DNA of 62,113 bases from a virus (lineage: Duplodnaviria > Caudoviricetes): the IMG/VR virus record IMGVR_UViG_3300021962_000103, positions 1 through 62,113 of that record, one strand, 5' to 3'. This document shows, piece after piece, positions 29,601 to 39,271 of this stretch (its first letter is position 1; every line of letters starts with the position of its first letter). Under the pieces are notes generated by a model. The model saw nothing but the letters and a program-made list of their open reading frames with translations. It searched no databases and was not told the origin of the DNA. The position numbers and the translations under genes were made by a program.

Positions 29601-30154
29601 TATTCTTCCTCCTTGATTTTACCACACTTCAAACATTCTTCTTCTCCATCACCATCAACATCACCCCAAACATGGTCACATTGTCTATGTGCAAAGTATT
29701 CATCAATAATACCATCCCCATCGAAATCAATACCATCCATAATACCATCACCATCTTCATCGATTTCTACACCAACTCTTGGTTGTGGTTCTACAACTTC
29801 TATTTCATTTACAACTGATTTTGGTGGTGGTGGTAAATCAGGTGCATCTCCACCTAATGTATTAGATAAAGAAACTCCATCTTCTTCATCCATCTTTTGT
29901 ACTAACATTTTATCCTTATCAGTATCACTAAACCAGTAATCAATAATTTTACCATACGAACCAATAAAGGCACCTAACATAAGAAGTAATAATTCTTTCC
30001 ATTCCTGACCTACAACTGTTTCAGTATGAATTGAAATTACAATACCCAATGTTAATAATAAAAAAGTAAATAAAACGATGGCTGTTATTAACCATCTTCG
30101 TTTCATCATTGAATATAAAAGGTCTCTAAAACCTGTGTTTTGTGGTTGTTCCAT
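29600..30154 (-). CDS. Two-TM membrane protein (holin-like N-terminus) with DxDGDG repeats
   Basis: Two TM helices ending KIIDYWF; DEDGDG, DFDGDG, DVDGDG; CDH...CLKCG. Confidence 0.65.
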   Translation of the reverse strand: MEQPQNTGFRDLLYSMMKRRWLITAIVLFTFLLLTLGIVISIHTETVVGQEWKELLLLMLGAFIGSYGKIIDYWFSDTDKDKMLVQKMDEEDGVSLSNTLGGDAPDLPPPPKSVVNEIEVVEPQPRVGVEIDEDGDGIMDGIDFDGDGIIDEYFAHRQCDHVWGDVDGDGEEECLKCGKIKEEE

Positions 30155-30194
30155 TTATGTAATCTCCTATTTTTTTTATATATAAATATAAAAT

Positions 30195-30221
30195 AAAAAA
30201 CCCCAACGATTAATTGGGGTT
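30195..30221 (-). terminator. Intrinsic terminator
   Basis: aaccccaa-cgattaa-ttggggtt preceded by A-run. Confidence 0.7.
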
Positions 30222-30227
30222 AGTGTT

Positions 30228-30569
30228 TTACATAGAATTTGAAACTATCATTTCTTGTAGTTTATTTACTTTATTTCGTAATCGATATAATTCTAATTCA
30301 TCTTTATAATATTTTCTATCACCTTTTAATTTTATCCATTGCATTTCACCATTATTAAAGTATGCCTTAGTACCATTAAAATCTACCCAAGTTCCGTGAA
30401 TAATATACCTATCGTTTGATTTTAAATAATATCCCGATTGGAAAACTTTACCATCTTGATACGAAGTAAATTTATATAAATTAGAATCTATTTCTTGTAA
30501 TTGTTTTGTTTGACCGTAAGTTGATAATGATACAAAGAGTATCAAAATCGTAAGAATGTTTTTTATCAT
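30228..30569 (-). CDS. Secreted hypothetical protein
   Basis: Signal peptide ...SLSTYG/Q (Gln at +1, common in Bacteroidota); QSGYY..HGTW repeat-like pattern. Confidence 0.6.
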   Translation of the reverse strand: MIKNILTILILFVSLSTYGQTKQLQEIDSNLYKFTSYQDGKVFQSGYYLKSNDRYIIHGTWVDFNGTKAYFNNGEMQWIKLKGDRKYYKDELELYRLRNKVNKLQEMIVSNSM

Positions 30570-30644
30570 GATATACCCCTTTTTTTATAAGTATATCAAT
30601 GTTAAGAAATTGTTACCAAATAAATGTTAAATGTTATCTCAATG

Positions 30645-32360
30645 TTAAATGATTTTCTTCTTCACTATATAGTTGTGTAAAACCAAAGTATCCATTTCAC
30701 AATTCAAGAATGTTTTTACCGCGGTTTCAGGGTCTAATACCATTGTTTGGTCTTTTAGATTGAATGAAGTATTTAACACAATTGGATAACCATTATCTAC
30801 CTCCAACTGATTAAGTAGTTTGTAGATACGAGTGTGTTGTCTATTATTAAGAGTTTGTATTCTTGCAGAACCATCAATGTGAGTAATCGCCGGTAAGTTC
30901 TTTTGATGTTCTTTCTTTACCTTAACTACTTGGTTCATATAAGGAACTAATTGTTTGTACTCAAAATACTTTAATCGTTCTTCTTCTTTTACAATTGGTG
31001 CAAAAGGTCTGAACCCTTCTCTCTTTTTAATTACACGATTAACTCGTGCCTTCATTTGAGGGTCTCTTGGATTAGCAAGAATAGAACGATTCCCAAGGGC
31101 TCGAGCACCGAACTCCATTCTACCTTCGAACCAACCAATGACATTACCATCAGTAATTTCTCTACTAATGATTGGGATAATTTGTGAGTGGTTTTTGTAT
31201 TCATACCAAACATCATCTTTATATTTTTCTAAAACTTCTACTATCTCTTCGTTTGTATAAGAAGGACCTAAATAAGGATTTGTATTAACAACTCTTTTCT
31301 TATTGTTCATTTCATTATACCAATAGTATAATCCTGCACCGATTGCAGAACCAGCATCAGATGGTGCGGCTGGAATCCACAATCCTTTGAATGGAGTTAA
31401 ATCTAAAATCTTACCATTTGCAGTTCCATTGTATGCACAACCCCCACTCAAACATAAATTATTAGCAGGTCTTAATGCAATTGCACGATTTAATAATTTA
31501 AAGAAATATTTTTCATAAGTTACTTGAACTGCTGCAGCAAAATCTTTATGTTCTTGGGTAAGTTCTTCTTCGGGTAATCTATTTAATAATCCAAAGTGTT
31601 CACCCAACTTTTCGTTGAACATCATATCATCTGACCAATCGTAATCAAAGAAATTCATGTTGATTTCAAATCCATTAGTTTCGGTTGGTGAAATAATATC
31701 ATCAAACTTTTTTAAGTAAGTATATGGATTACCATAAGGTGCAAGACCCATAACCTTATATTCACCTTCATTGGGTTTAAATCCTAAGAATGCAGTCATT
31801 GCAGAATAAAACATTCCCAATGAATGTGGAAAATGAATTGTTTCTAATTTGATGATTCGATTTTCATCACCGTATGCAATTGCAGTAGTTTCCCACTCTC
31901 CAACTCCATCTACCGATACAATCATTGCCCGTTCGTATGGAGATGTATAATATGCGTACGCAAGATGGGAAAGATGATGTTCTGAATAAAACACGGTTGA
32001 GTTTGGAAATTGTTTTTTAATTTCTTTTTCTACCTTTTTATATTCTTGTTTATTTCTATAAATGATTTCTTGTCTATGAACTTCTCGAAAGAACCCACCT
32101 CTCTTTGTAGATTTTTCAATTCTATCTATTTTGAGTTTTGGGTTTTCATAGAAACAAACTATCTCAATATCATCTTTGGTTATTTTTTCATTTTCCAATA
32201 ACCAATTAATTGTATTGGTTGGGAAGGATGAATCGTGTTTAATACCAGTGAATCTTTCTTCTTCACACGCACCAATCACTTCACCATTTTTAATTAAAGC
32301 AGCTGCAGAATCATGGTAACCAGAACTAATTCCTAAAATATAACAATCTTTAATCCTCAT
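30645..32360 (-). CDS. Carbamoyltransferase (NodU/CmcH/TobZ family)
   Basis: ILGIS.GYHDSAAAL..EEERF; HHLSH; DGVGE; EYKVMGLAPYG; LSGGCAYN; EFGARALGNRSILA; FRPFAP; THIDGSARIQT; LNTSFN. Confidence 0.95.
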   Translation of the reverse strand: MRIKDCYILGISSGYHDSAAALIKNGEVIGACEEERFTGIKHDSSFPTNTINWLLENEKITKDDIEIVCFYENPKLKIDRIEKSTKRGGFFREVHRQEIIYRNKQEYKKVEKEIKKQFPNSTVFYSEHHLSHLAYAYYTSPYERAMIVSVDGVGEWETTAIAYGDENRIIKLETIHFPHSLGMFYSAMTAFLGFKPNEGEYKVMGLAPYGNPYTYLKKFDDIISPTETNGFEINMNFFDYDWSDDMMFNEKLGEHFGLLNRLPEEELTQEHKDFAAAVQVTYEKYFFKLLNRAIALRPANNLCLSGGCAYNGTANGKILDLTPFKGLWIPAAPSDAGSAIGAGLYYWYNEMNNKKRVVNTNPYLGPSYTNEEIVEVLEKYKDDVWYEYKNHSQIIPIISREITDGNVIGWFEGRMEFGARALGNRSILANPRDPQMKARVNRVIKKREGFRPFAPIVKEEERLKYFEYKQLVPYMNQVVKVKKEHQKNLPAITHIDGSARIQTLNNRQHTRIYKLLNQLEVDNGYPIVLNTSFNLKDQTMVLDPETAVKTFLNCEMDTLVLHNYIVKKKII

Positions 32361-33114
32361 CATCAAATATATCGTCTTCTAAATCTAACTTAGAAGTATC
32401 AATCCAAAATGGTTTATCTTTTACCGAAAATTCACCATCTTCAAGATACTCATTTAACATTTTTTTCTGATGTTGTTTCATTACATTTACAACCTTAGTA
32501 ATGTAGTGAGTTTTACAATCAGTCATTTCTCTAATAAGTAGATATAAATGTTTTTTATTAAAATTTTCTATGTATTGACTTCTACGAAAAAGTTCTAATA
32601 CTGCGTCTGCAATTTGTATATCTCTTTTCTTATTAAATACGGTTGCAAGGTGTCTATCCCAATACTCTAACATTATATCTTTAAACTCTCGGAACTCACC
32701 TGCCTCTTCCATTTCATAGTAATCATTTTCGGGATTCCATGATTCTGGCATTTCTGATAATAAGGCATTTTGTTTCCATCGTTTAAAGTTACCATTATTT
32801 TTTAAAATCAAATGATTCTTTGCAATAATAGTAAAGTATGAGAATGCTCTACCCTTACCTTCTTTGTACATATGCATTTTTTCAATCATGGTGGAAACCA
32901 CCTCTGTTTGAATATCTTTTTTAGGTACATCAAAGTACGAGAATTTAAATGTATTGATTACATTCTCTGCTAATTTTTCAAATGGATACTTAATTCTATC
33001 TTCATAAATCTTAGACCTTTTCATTGGGTCTTTTGTTTTATTATACTCAACGATTGCATCTTGAGCAGGAGTACCAAAATATATTTTAGATTTTGGTTTT
33101 CTTTGTTTTGTCAT
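32350..33114 (-). CDS. Phage RNA polymerase sigma factor, T4 gp55-like (late)
   Basis: KIYF...AIVEYN; LAENVINTFKF; GRAFSYFTIIAKN resembles the gp55 AFAYFT region 2 motif. Confidence 0.7.
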   Translation of the reverse strand: MTKQRKPKSKIYFGTPAQDAIVEYNKTKDPMKRSKIYEDRIKYPFEKLAENVINTFKFSYFDVPKKDIQTEVVSTMIEKMHMYKEGKGRAFSYFTIIAKNHLILKNNGNFKRWKQNALLSEMPESWNPENDYYEMEEAGEFREFKDIMLEYWDRHLATVFNKKRDIQIADAVLELFRRSQYIENFNKKHLYLLIREMTDCKTHYITKVVNVMKQHQKKMLNEYLEDGEFSVKDKPFWIDTSKLDLEDDIFDDED

Positions 33115-33115
33115 A

Positions 33116-33379
33116 TTAAAGTTCTTGATTTAAATCTTCGATGATATTTTTTAGTTGTTCGAATGTTGCACCAACCTCATCATCTTTTTCAAAAACTTCA
33201 CGAGTATCAATATCTTTCATTTGTTGTAATGCAGTTTCAACACGAATTCGTGTTCCTTCTACAACTTCAACAAGAGTATCTTCTAATTCTTCGTTTTGTT
33301 TTATGAGATTTCTAACGCCAATTAAAAAGGTGATGTTTAATACAACCGAAATTGCTAAAATTATATAAATAGTTAACAT
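33116..33379 (-). CDS. Membrane-anchored coiled-coil protein
   Basis: N-terminal TM helix followed by coiled coil. Confidence 0.6.
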   Translation of the reverse strand: MLTIYIILAISVVLNITFLIGVRNLIKQNEELEDTLVEVVEGTRIRVETALQQMKDIDTREVFEKDDEVGATFEQLKNIIEDLNQEL

Positions 33380-33384
33380 AAGTT

Positions 33385-33774
33385 TTATTTTTTTGTGGTA
33401 ATGATATTAGATTTTATATTTTGTAGTAAATCTAATTCATTTTGGAATACCGTTTTTTCAAACTCGATTCTATCTCGTTCAATATGTTCTTTAACAACTT
33501 TAGTTACATAATCAGTAAATGTAATTGCTGATTGAGCAACATAACTAAATTTGTGATTGGTAATTGTAACTGCACTATCACCAATTCTTACCCAATAACC
33601 TTTTCGTTTGTTTGTAATATAAAACTTACCACTAATTGGTGCAGTTAAACATTCGGTATCGTCTTGTTCAAACAATAAATTAATAATATCAATAATCAAT
33701 TGTTCGTGTTCTTGTGGTTTGTAACTTGGGAAAAACTTTTCTTTAAAGTAACTGAATAAATTTGTGTTGTCCAT
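33385..33774 (-). CDS. Hypothetical protein
   Basis: 129-aa ORF in operon. Confidence 0.6.
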   Translation of the reverse strand: MDNTNLFSYFKEKFFPSYKPQEHEQLIIDIINLLFEQDDTECLTAPISGKFYITNKRKGYWVRIGDSAVTITNHKFSYVAQSAITFTDYVTKVVKEHIERDRIEFEKTVFQNELDLLQNIKSNIITTKK

Positions 33775-33778
33775 TTTT

Positions 33779-34339
33779 TTAAAATTTAGATTTTAGATTT
33801 TCTCTTTCAATAATGTTTTGTAAATTTACAATATAATTTGGGTCTTCTGCATAAGATTGAGATAAGTAGTTGAAATAATCTCTTTCGTTTTTAATCTTGT
33901 GTAAGTAAGTTGATGAATAAAATGCGTAATCATAAACTGATTCTAACCAAGTGTCATAGTATGCATGGCCATGTTGTGTACCACCTGCAGTGTTAATTCT
34001 CTGCCGTGCTTGTTTCATTCCAAAAAGATTGTTGTTTTCATTAAACATTTTGGAAGTAAAATTTCCTGTCTCTAATTTTGCCTGTGCAAGAACGATATGT
34101 GGAAATTTGAAATTTAGTTCTTTTATTCGTTGAACTAATTTGTCTTCGGTAAATTCATTGTACTTTGAAATGATTACCTCAATTTCAGATTCAGTATAAT
34201 TCATTGAGTTTACTCTATTAACTTGAGAAACTGCCCCAAGTGTTAACATAATAGATGTCACAAAAATGAATTTACTTGTGTGTTTGGAAAAATTTACTTT
34301 CCTAAACTCTCTTGATTTTTTGTCATAAATGTAAATCAT
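33779..34339 (-). CDS. Glucosaminidase (GH73) peptidoglycan hydrolase with N-terminal hydrophobic anchor
   Basis: IVLAQAKLETG; NNLFGMK; YAEDPNY. Confidence 0.88.
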   Translation of the reverse strand: MIYIYDKKSREFRKVNFSKHTSKFIFVTSIMLTLGAVSQVNRVNSMNYTESEIEVIISKYNEFTEDKLVQRIKELNFKFPHIVLAQAKLETGNFTSKMFNENNNLFGMKQARQRINTAGGTQHGHAYYDTWLESVYDYAFYSSTYLHKIKNERDYFNYLSQSYAEDPNYIVNLQNIIERENLKSKF

Positions 34340-34362
34340 AATAGTTTAAATTTGTTATATTA

Positions 34363-34394
34363 CAAAGATACGAAAAAAAACCCAAACTACCAAA
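34363..34394 (-). promoter_or_regulatory. Bacteroidota housekeeping sigma promoter
   Basis: TTTG-N20-TATCTTTG. Confidence 0.75.
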
Positions 34395-34410
34395 CTTTTA
34401 TATAGTTTTT

Positions 34411-34662
34411 TTATGCTTCACCTCTTGGCCCTTTAAAAAGGGATAGTTTTTTATATAACTCCAAATCTTCTTTTTCTTGTTCTTCAAATTTTTTTAATTG
34501 ATTTTCAACATCTTGCAGGTTTCGTTCAATTAATTTAACAAGTTTTTTTTCTGAAATTATTTCCGATTGAACTAAAATATCACATAGTGTATTTATAACC
34601 ACAGTTTGTTTTAACAAACTATCGTTTAGTTTTTTTAGTATTTCTTCTTGAAGTGATATCAT
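34411..34662 (-). CDS. Hypothetical protein
   Basis: ORF track; operon packing. Confidence 0.55.
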   Translation of the reverse strand: MISLQEEILKKLNDSLLKQTVVINTLCDILVQSEIISEKKLVKLIERNLQDVENQLKKFEEQEKEDLELYKKLSLFKGPRGEA

Positions 34663-34885
34663 GTAATAGTTGTTTTAGTTCCCCCTCTGTCTCATCGGCA
34701 TAAATCAAATCTCCAAAAGATTTATTAATACTCGGTTCAGTAAACCCCAACGCGGAGGCCATGCGTACGCACATAACTTTGAACTCGTGGATGGTCATAT
34801 CATCCGGTACTTTGAATTCAATTTCTGAGGCTTCTCTACAATCCTCTAACAACTCATCTGTATATTTAAATATAAGTTTTGCCAT
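34619..34885 (-). CDS. Hypothetical protein
   Basis: ORF track; operon packing. Confidence 0.6.
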   Translation of the reverse strand: MAKLIFKYTDELLEDCREASEIEFKVPDDMTIHEFKVMCVRMASALGFTEPSINKSFGDLIYADETEGELKQLLHDITSRRNTKKTKR

Positions 34886-34897
34886 AATTTAGTATTT

Positions 34898-35509
34898 TTA
34901 TAGAATTTCTACACCAGGAATAAGAGTAGCTTTCTTATATTTCATAAATTCAGTAGAACCATTTGGTAATTTAACCATAACCATTTCGTTTCTACCATAA
35001 GTTTTTGGTGCAATATATGTTGTAGAATATCTTCTATCTGAATCAGTAATAAGTTTACCATTCAAATGGTCAATCTCATGTTGTGCACAAACACATTCCA
35101 ACAATCCTTCATCGGAAAAGAATTCATTTGAATCTTTCCAAGTACTTCCTTGGTTATCGGGAGAAAATATAACAGTACCCAAGTTATCACACTCAACGGT
35201 AAATGTTTTGTGTCTAACTGTCTTTACTGGTTTTCTCATTGTTTTAGGAATAGATAAACATTGTTCTACATACGCAACGGTATCCTTTGATACTTCAACT
35301 ACAACCGGATTAATCAATACAAGTGGTTCTTTAACATTGATGACACATGCACGAACATCTAAACCAAGTTGATTTGCAGATAATCCAATCCCACCATATT
35401 TTTTTAATCCCTCCAACAACTTAATTGAGATATCATCAATCTCTTCTTGGGTCATTGGTTTTGGTTGAATTTGTTTTGTAAGTTTTGAAGGATTTGTAAT
35501 TAATGCCAT
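34898..35509 (-). CDS. def: Peptide deformylase
   Basis: GIGLSANQLG, EQCLS (EGCLS variant), QHEIDHLNG. Confidence 0.92.
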   Translation of the reverse strand: MALITNPSKLTKQIQPKPMTQEEIDDISIKLLEGLKKYGGIGLSANQLGLDVRACVINVKEPLVLINPVVVEVSKDTVAYVEQCLSIPKTMRKPVKTVRHKTFTVECDNLGTVIFSPDNQGSTWKDSNEFFSDEGLLECVCAQHEIDHLNGKLITDSDRRYSTTYIAPKTYGRNEMVMVKLPNGSTEFMKYKKATLIPGVEIL

Positions 35510-35515
35510 AATATA

Positions 35516-35818
35516 TTATTTATTTGAGTGATATGGGTTTATAAATTGTTTTTTATAATACTCATCGGTGTATTCTACTGAATCTGGAAAAATTGATTTT
35601 CGTGTTTCTTCGCTTATTAAAGTTCGTTCAGATACATCTCCACCAAGAGGTCTTTCGTAAATAGTTTTACCACCATCAGGCGATTCAAATATTTTTTTAC
35701 CTTTCATTTCTTCCATTAATTTATCTTGGAATTCTCTTTCTTTCCAATATAGTTCTCTTACTTTTGCACCCAACTCCATATTGTTAGGATACATTTCTAC
35801 TAATTCTTTAATTTTCAT
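35516..35818 (-). CDS. Hypothetical protein
   Basis: YPNNMELGAKVR and IFESPDGGKTIYER segments. Confidence 0.65.
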   Translation of the reverse strand: MKIKELVEMYPNNMELGAKVRELYWKEREFQDKLMEEMKGKKIFESPDGGKTIYERPLGGDVSERTLISEETRKSIFPDSVEYTDEYYKKQFINPYHSNK

Positions 35819-35845
35819 TTGTGGTAGGTATTTGATGTTGTAAAT

Positions 35846-36034
35846 TTATTTATTAAAATCAAAAGTTAATTGTTTGCCAATTGATTTTAGTTTAGTTTCC
35901 AATCGTTCAACTTTTTCTTTATAACCTTGTTGTGTCCAACCATCGTTATAAGGGGATGTTGCTTCAATCTTTGCATTAAACAATTCCCATTCAAGTGCTT
36001 CTCGTGTTTGTGTAGTTTCCATATTACTCTGCAA
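35846..36034 (-). CDS. Hypothetical protein
   Basis: SPYNDGWT segment; start uncertain. Confidence 0.55.
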   Translation of the reverse strand: MQSNMETTQTREALEWELFNAKIEATSPYNDGWTQQGYKEKVERLETKLKSIGKQLTFDFNK

Positions 36035-36497
36035 TGTTTAGATATTTTTGTAATAACCAAGATGATGATTGAACCTTCTCACCCAATCCCCATACTGAAT
36101 CTATTCCAAATGTATTACATACATCGTTTTCGGGTGTAGTGGTTTGAGTTCTATCTCCACCATTTCCAAATGCCATATCTCCTTTTTCTAAAGGACCTCC
36201 TTTGGCTCTTACAAATCTATATCGTGAATGTTCAATAAAATCAATTGCAGTTTCATCATTATGCATTTTAGGATTCATTATATAAACATAATCTACTCCT
36301 TTAAGATTTTCCATAATGAATTTTCTTTCTTGAGCATCCATAAAAGATTTACCTTTCTTTCTTCTCAACCAAGCATCATTATTTAATCCAATCCAAACTT
36401 CTTCTGCAAGTTCTTTTGCATTATTGATACACTCGATGTGGCCTTTATGAACAGGGTCAAAACCACCACTAATTAAAATTACTTTATATTTTTTCAT
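36024..36497 (-). CDS. Cytidylyltransferase-like (HIGH) nucleotidyltransferase
   Basis: SGGFDPVHKGH; GLNND.WL.RKKG; FGNGGDR; KVQSSS. Confidence 0.88.
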   Translation of the reverse strand: MKKYKVILISGGFDPVHKGHIECINNAKELAEEVWIGLNNDAWLRRKKGKSFMDAQERKFIMENLKGVDYVYIMNPKMHNDETAIDFIEHSRYRFVRAKGGPLEKGDMAFGNGGDRTQTTTPENDVCNTFGIDSVWGLGEKVQSSSWLLQKYLNIAE

Positions 36498-36518
36498 AGG
36501 TTTTCAAATTATATTATA

Positions 36519-36549
36519 CAAATATACGAAATTATTTTCTAAAAACAAA
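36519..36549 (-). promoter_or_regulatory. Bacteroidota housekeeping sigma promoter
   Basis: TTTG-N19-TATATTTG. Confidence 0.6.
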
Positions 36550-37296
36550 ATTTTCTTTCCAAGTTTTTGGATCTATTTGATGGTTTGGGAAATTGGAATT
36601 GTGAATTTCAATGTATTTTTTATGTGTTTTAGAACTCCCCAATTGTTCAAAGAATACAATATTGTTTTTATTTAATGAATCAAATAAATCTTCTGCAAAT
36701 GGTCTTACCAATAAAGTTTGGATGGAAAGTTCTTCCCAAATAATATTATTTTTAAGTAACACATTACCAATTGGGAAATGTGATTGTTGTTCATTATTTC
36801 CATCAAATAAATTTACAAACTTTTTTAAGGGTTTAAAAGGGCCGCCTAAATAATAATCGTTTATCCAAAGTTTATCAATTTCCTTAGTACCAGCCGAACT
36901 TATATAAAGTTTATCAGATTCCCATACTTGTTCTAAAATAACATGCCAATCACTTATCATATCACATCTATGTAATAATACTTTATCATATTCATCTTCA
37001 TTTTCAATTGAATTTAAAGCATTCATCCAATGATACCACATTCTAAAATTATGTGTTTTGTCATCTCCCCAAGTATCCTTTACAAGTAATAATTTTGCAT
37101 GGGGTATTAATTCTTTTACTAAATTTATTTTTTGACTAGGTACATTTTTTTTAGTTCTATATGAATTTTCCCATGTAGAAATTAAAACATCAACCTTATC
37201 TAAGTGATATAGTTGTTGTGGTATAACTGAGAATGTTCTAAATTCTCCAAAAAATATTAATAAAGTTTTTTTACTTCCAGTTGAATTCATTGCCAA
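36532..37296 (-). CDS. Hypothetical protein, glycan-modification-like
   Basis: FFGEFRTF...DVLISTW...YDKVLLHRCD...INDYYLGG pattern. Confidence 0.5.
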   Translation of the reverse strand: MAMNSTGSKKTLLIFFGEFRTFSVIPQQLYHLDKVDVLISTWENSYRTKKNVPSQKINLVKELIPHAKLLLVKDTWGDDKTHNFRMWYHWMNALNSIENEDEYDKVLLHRCDMISDWHVILEQVWESDKLYISSAGTKEIDKLWINDYYLGGPFKPLKKFVNLFDGNNEQQSHFPIGNVLLKNNIIWEELSIQTLLVRPFAEDLFDSLNKNNIVFFEQLGSSKTHKKYIEIHNSNFPNHQIDPKTWKENFVFRK

Positions 37297-38263
37297 AGTG
37301 CCCCCATTGTGATGTTTGTGAAAATATTGGTTTTTTTAAATCTAAATATTCTATTATTCCGTTTGGTGATAAATCATAACCTTCAACTTTTTGAAACCAA
37401 AGTCCGGTTTCGGTATTTATACCATCCTTATTTCCTTTGATTGCTGCTTGTACCGGTTGGTCATATCCAATAGCATATGATAATTCCACCATAGCATATT
37501 TTAAATCGTGTTTTTTTAAAGTATCTACTGCAATTTTACGGGCCATGTATGCGGCACTTCTATCTACTTTTGTTGCATCTTTTCCACTAAACGCACCACC
37601 ACCAATTGGAATACGAGGTCCATAAGAATCTACTGCAAGTTTTCTACCAGTCAAACCTGCATCGGCATCAAACCCACCCATGTTCCAATCTCCGGCCGGG
37701 TTACATAATGTTTTTGATACTTGTAAATCTATATTAGTTATGGTTTGATTTTTAAAAAATTCAGTTATTAATTCTTGTAAATGTGTTGCCTTTGCATTTT
37801 GAAAAGATGAAACAACGGTTGTATCACTTCCATTAATTGTTACTTGAGTTTTACCATCGTATGGATAATACTGATAAATAAATTTATTTAAACTTCTTGC
37901 AAGCTCATATTCAAACGGCATTAGTGTTGGTGTTTCGGCACATGCATAACCAATCATAATTCCCTGGTCTCCTGCACCACCGATATCAACTCCTTGTGCA
38001 ATTTCGGGTGATTGTTTAGATAAGTGAATAGTTACATCTTCTACTCCACTTATTTCTTTAACCACTTCAATAATCTCATCATTGGAAACATTTCCTTGTG
38101 AGGTAACTTCACCGGTAATCCACACCTTACCATGTCCTCCCATTGTTTCAATTGCACATCGTGAGTTAGGGTCTTGTTCTAAAAATTTGTCTAATAGAGT
38201 ATCTGATATTCTATCACACATTTTGTCTGGATGTTTCGGTGAAACAAATTCTGCTGTTCTCAT
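37271..38263 (-). CDS. metK: S-adenosylmethionine synthetase
   Basis: HPDKMCDRISD; GAGDQGIMIGYA; DAGLTGRKL; GGGAFSGKDATKVDRSAAY. Confidence 0.97.
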   Translation of the reverse strand: MRTAEFVSPKHPDKMCDRISDTLLDKFLEQDPNSRCAIETMGGHGKVWITGEVTSQGNVSNDEIIEVVKEISGVEDVTIHLSKQSPEIAQGVDIGGAGDQGIMIGYACAETPTLMPFEYELARSLNKFIYQYYPYDGKTQVTINGSDTTVVSSFQNAKATHLQELITEFFKNQTITNIDLQVSKTLCNPAGDWNMGGFDADAGLTGRKLAVDSYGPRIPIGGGAFSGKDATKVDRSAAYMARKIAVDTLKKHDLKYAMVELSYAIGYDQPVQAAIKGNKDGINTETGLWFQKVEGYDLSPNGIIEYLDLKKPIFSQTSQWGHFGNEFNWK

Positions 38264-38273
38264 GTATAAAAAA

Positions 38274-39059
38274 TTAAATTACAAATTTTGTTGCCTCTTC
38301 TATTTCATCGAGTAATCCTTCACTCAATGGTTGTCTAAAATAAAAATCCATGTGAATCATTTTTTTAGCAAGGGCAAGGTTAATATTATATTCCGATGCG
38401 TGTTCTGGAAATGGTGCGTATTCATACAAAAATCCTATATCAGTTTTGTAATGTGCAAGATAATTGTATAATAAACATTGTTCATAAAATTGAACGGTAG
38501 TTGTTTGTTTATCTAACTCATCTTTCATTATATCCAATATCTTGTTGTAAATATTTTTTACCAAGAATGGGTTTTTAACTGCCACAAAAGAATTGTTTGG
38601 AAATGTTAACCAATCTAAAGGAATATCAATTTTATCCCTCATGTGTTGATATGGTTCTAAATAATAACGATTGATGTATTCTTTACCGCCAATTACTTCG
38701 GGTTCACCTTCTTTATAACCATAGGTTATAGTATGAGGTGTTTGAATGTTTTCAAATAAAAGAGTATCGAAATCTAAAATAACATATGGTTCGTTTTGTG
38801 CTTGCATTGCGTAAATCTTTGCAAGACCGTATGAATGTTCATTTACTCCCTTTAGTTCGGGTAAATATACTACCTCATCAAATTCAATCCCATATTCCCT
38901 AAACTTCTTTTCAGTTTTTCTATCAGTATAAAATGCAACATCCTTATAATGTCTTTTTGCAAATTTAACTGATAACTTTGCTAATTTAAAGAACAAATCA
39001 GATTGACCTTTCCAATAATTATCAATAATAGTATAACTATATATAGCTCTTGTAATCAT
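38274..39059 (-). CDS. Glycosyltransferase-like protein (DUF6734-like)
   Basis: LSVKFAK...FYTD...LAKIYA...EPYVILDFD...YEQ. Confidence 0.55.
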   Translation of the reverse strand: MITRAIYSYTIIDNYWKGQSDLFFKLAKLSVKFAKRHYKDVAFYTDRKTEKKFREYGIEFDEVVYLPELKGVNEHSYGLAKIYAMQAQNEPYVILDFDTLLFENIQTPHTITYGYKEGEPEVIGGKEYINRYYLEPYQHMRDKIDIPLDWLTFPNNSFVAVKNPFLVKNIYNKILDIMKDELDKQTTTVQFYEQCLLYNYLAHYKTDIGFLYEYAPFPEHASEYNINLALAKKMIHMDFYFRQPLSEGLLDEIEEATKFVI

Positions 39060-39062
39060 ATT

Positions 39063-39266
39063 TTACATAGTTGAATTTCTAACATCCCACATAAAATTTC
39101 TCAATTGTGTCAATTGATAAATCATTTTTTCTGGTTCAACCGTTCCTTTTTTAATTTGAACGATTAAATCATCGATTGATGCAACACCTATATTAAGAGC
39201 ATCTTCTCTTGAATTTAAAAAGTTATCCGATACTCGATGTTTTTTTGCAATTTCTTGTAAGTTCAT
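39063..39266 (-). CDS. Hypothetical protein
   Basis: ORF track; operon packing. Confidence 0.55.
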   Translation of the reverse strand: MNLQEIAKKHRVSDNFLNSREDALNIGVASIDDLIVQIKKGTVEPEKMIYQLTQLRNFMWDVRNSTM

Positions 39267-39271
39267 AATTT

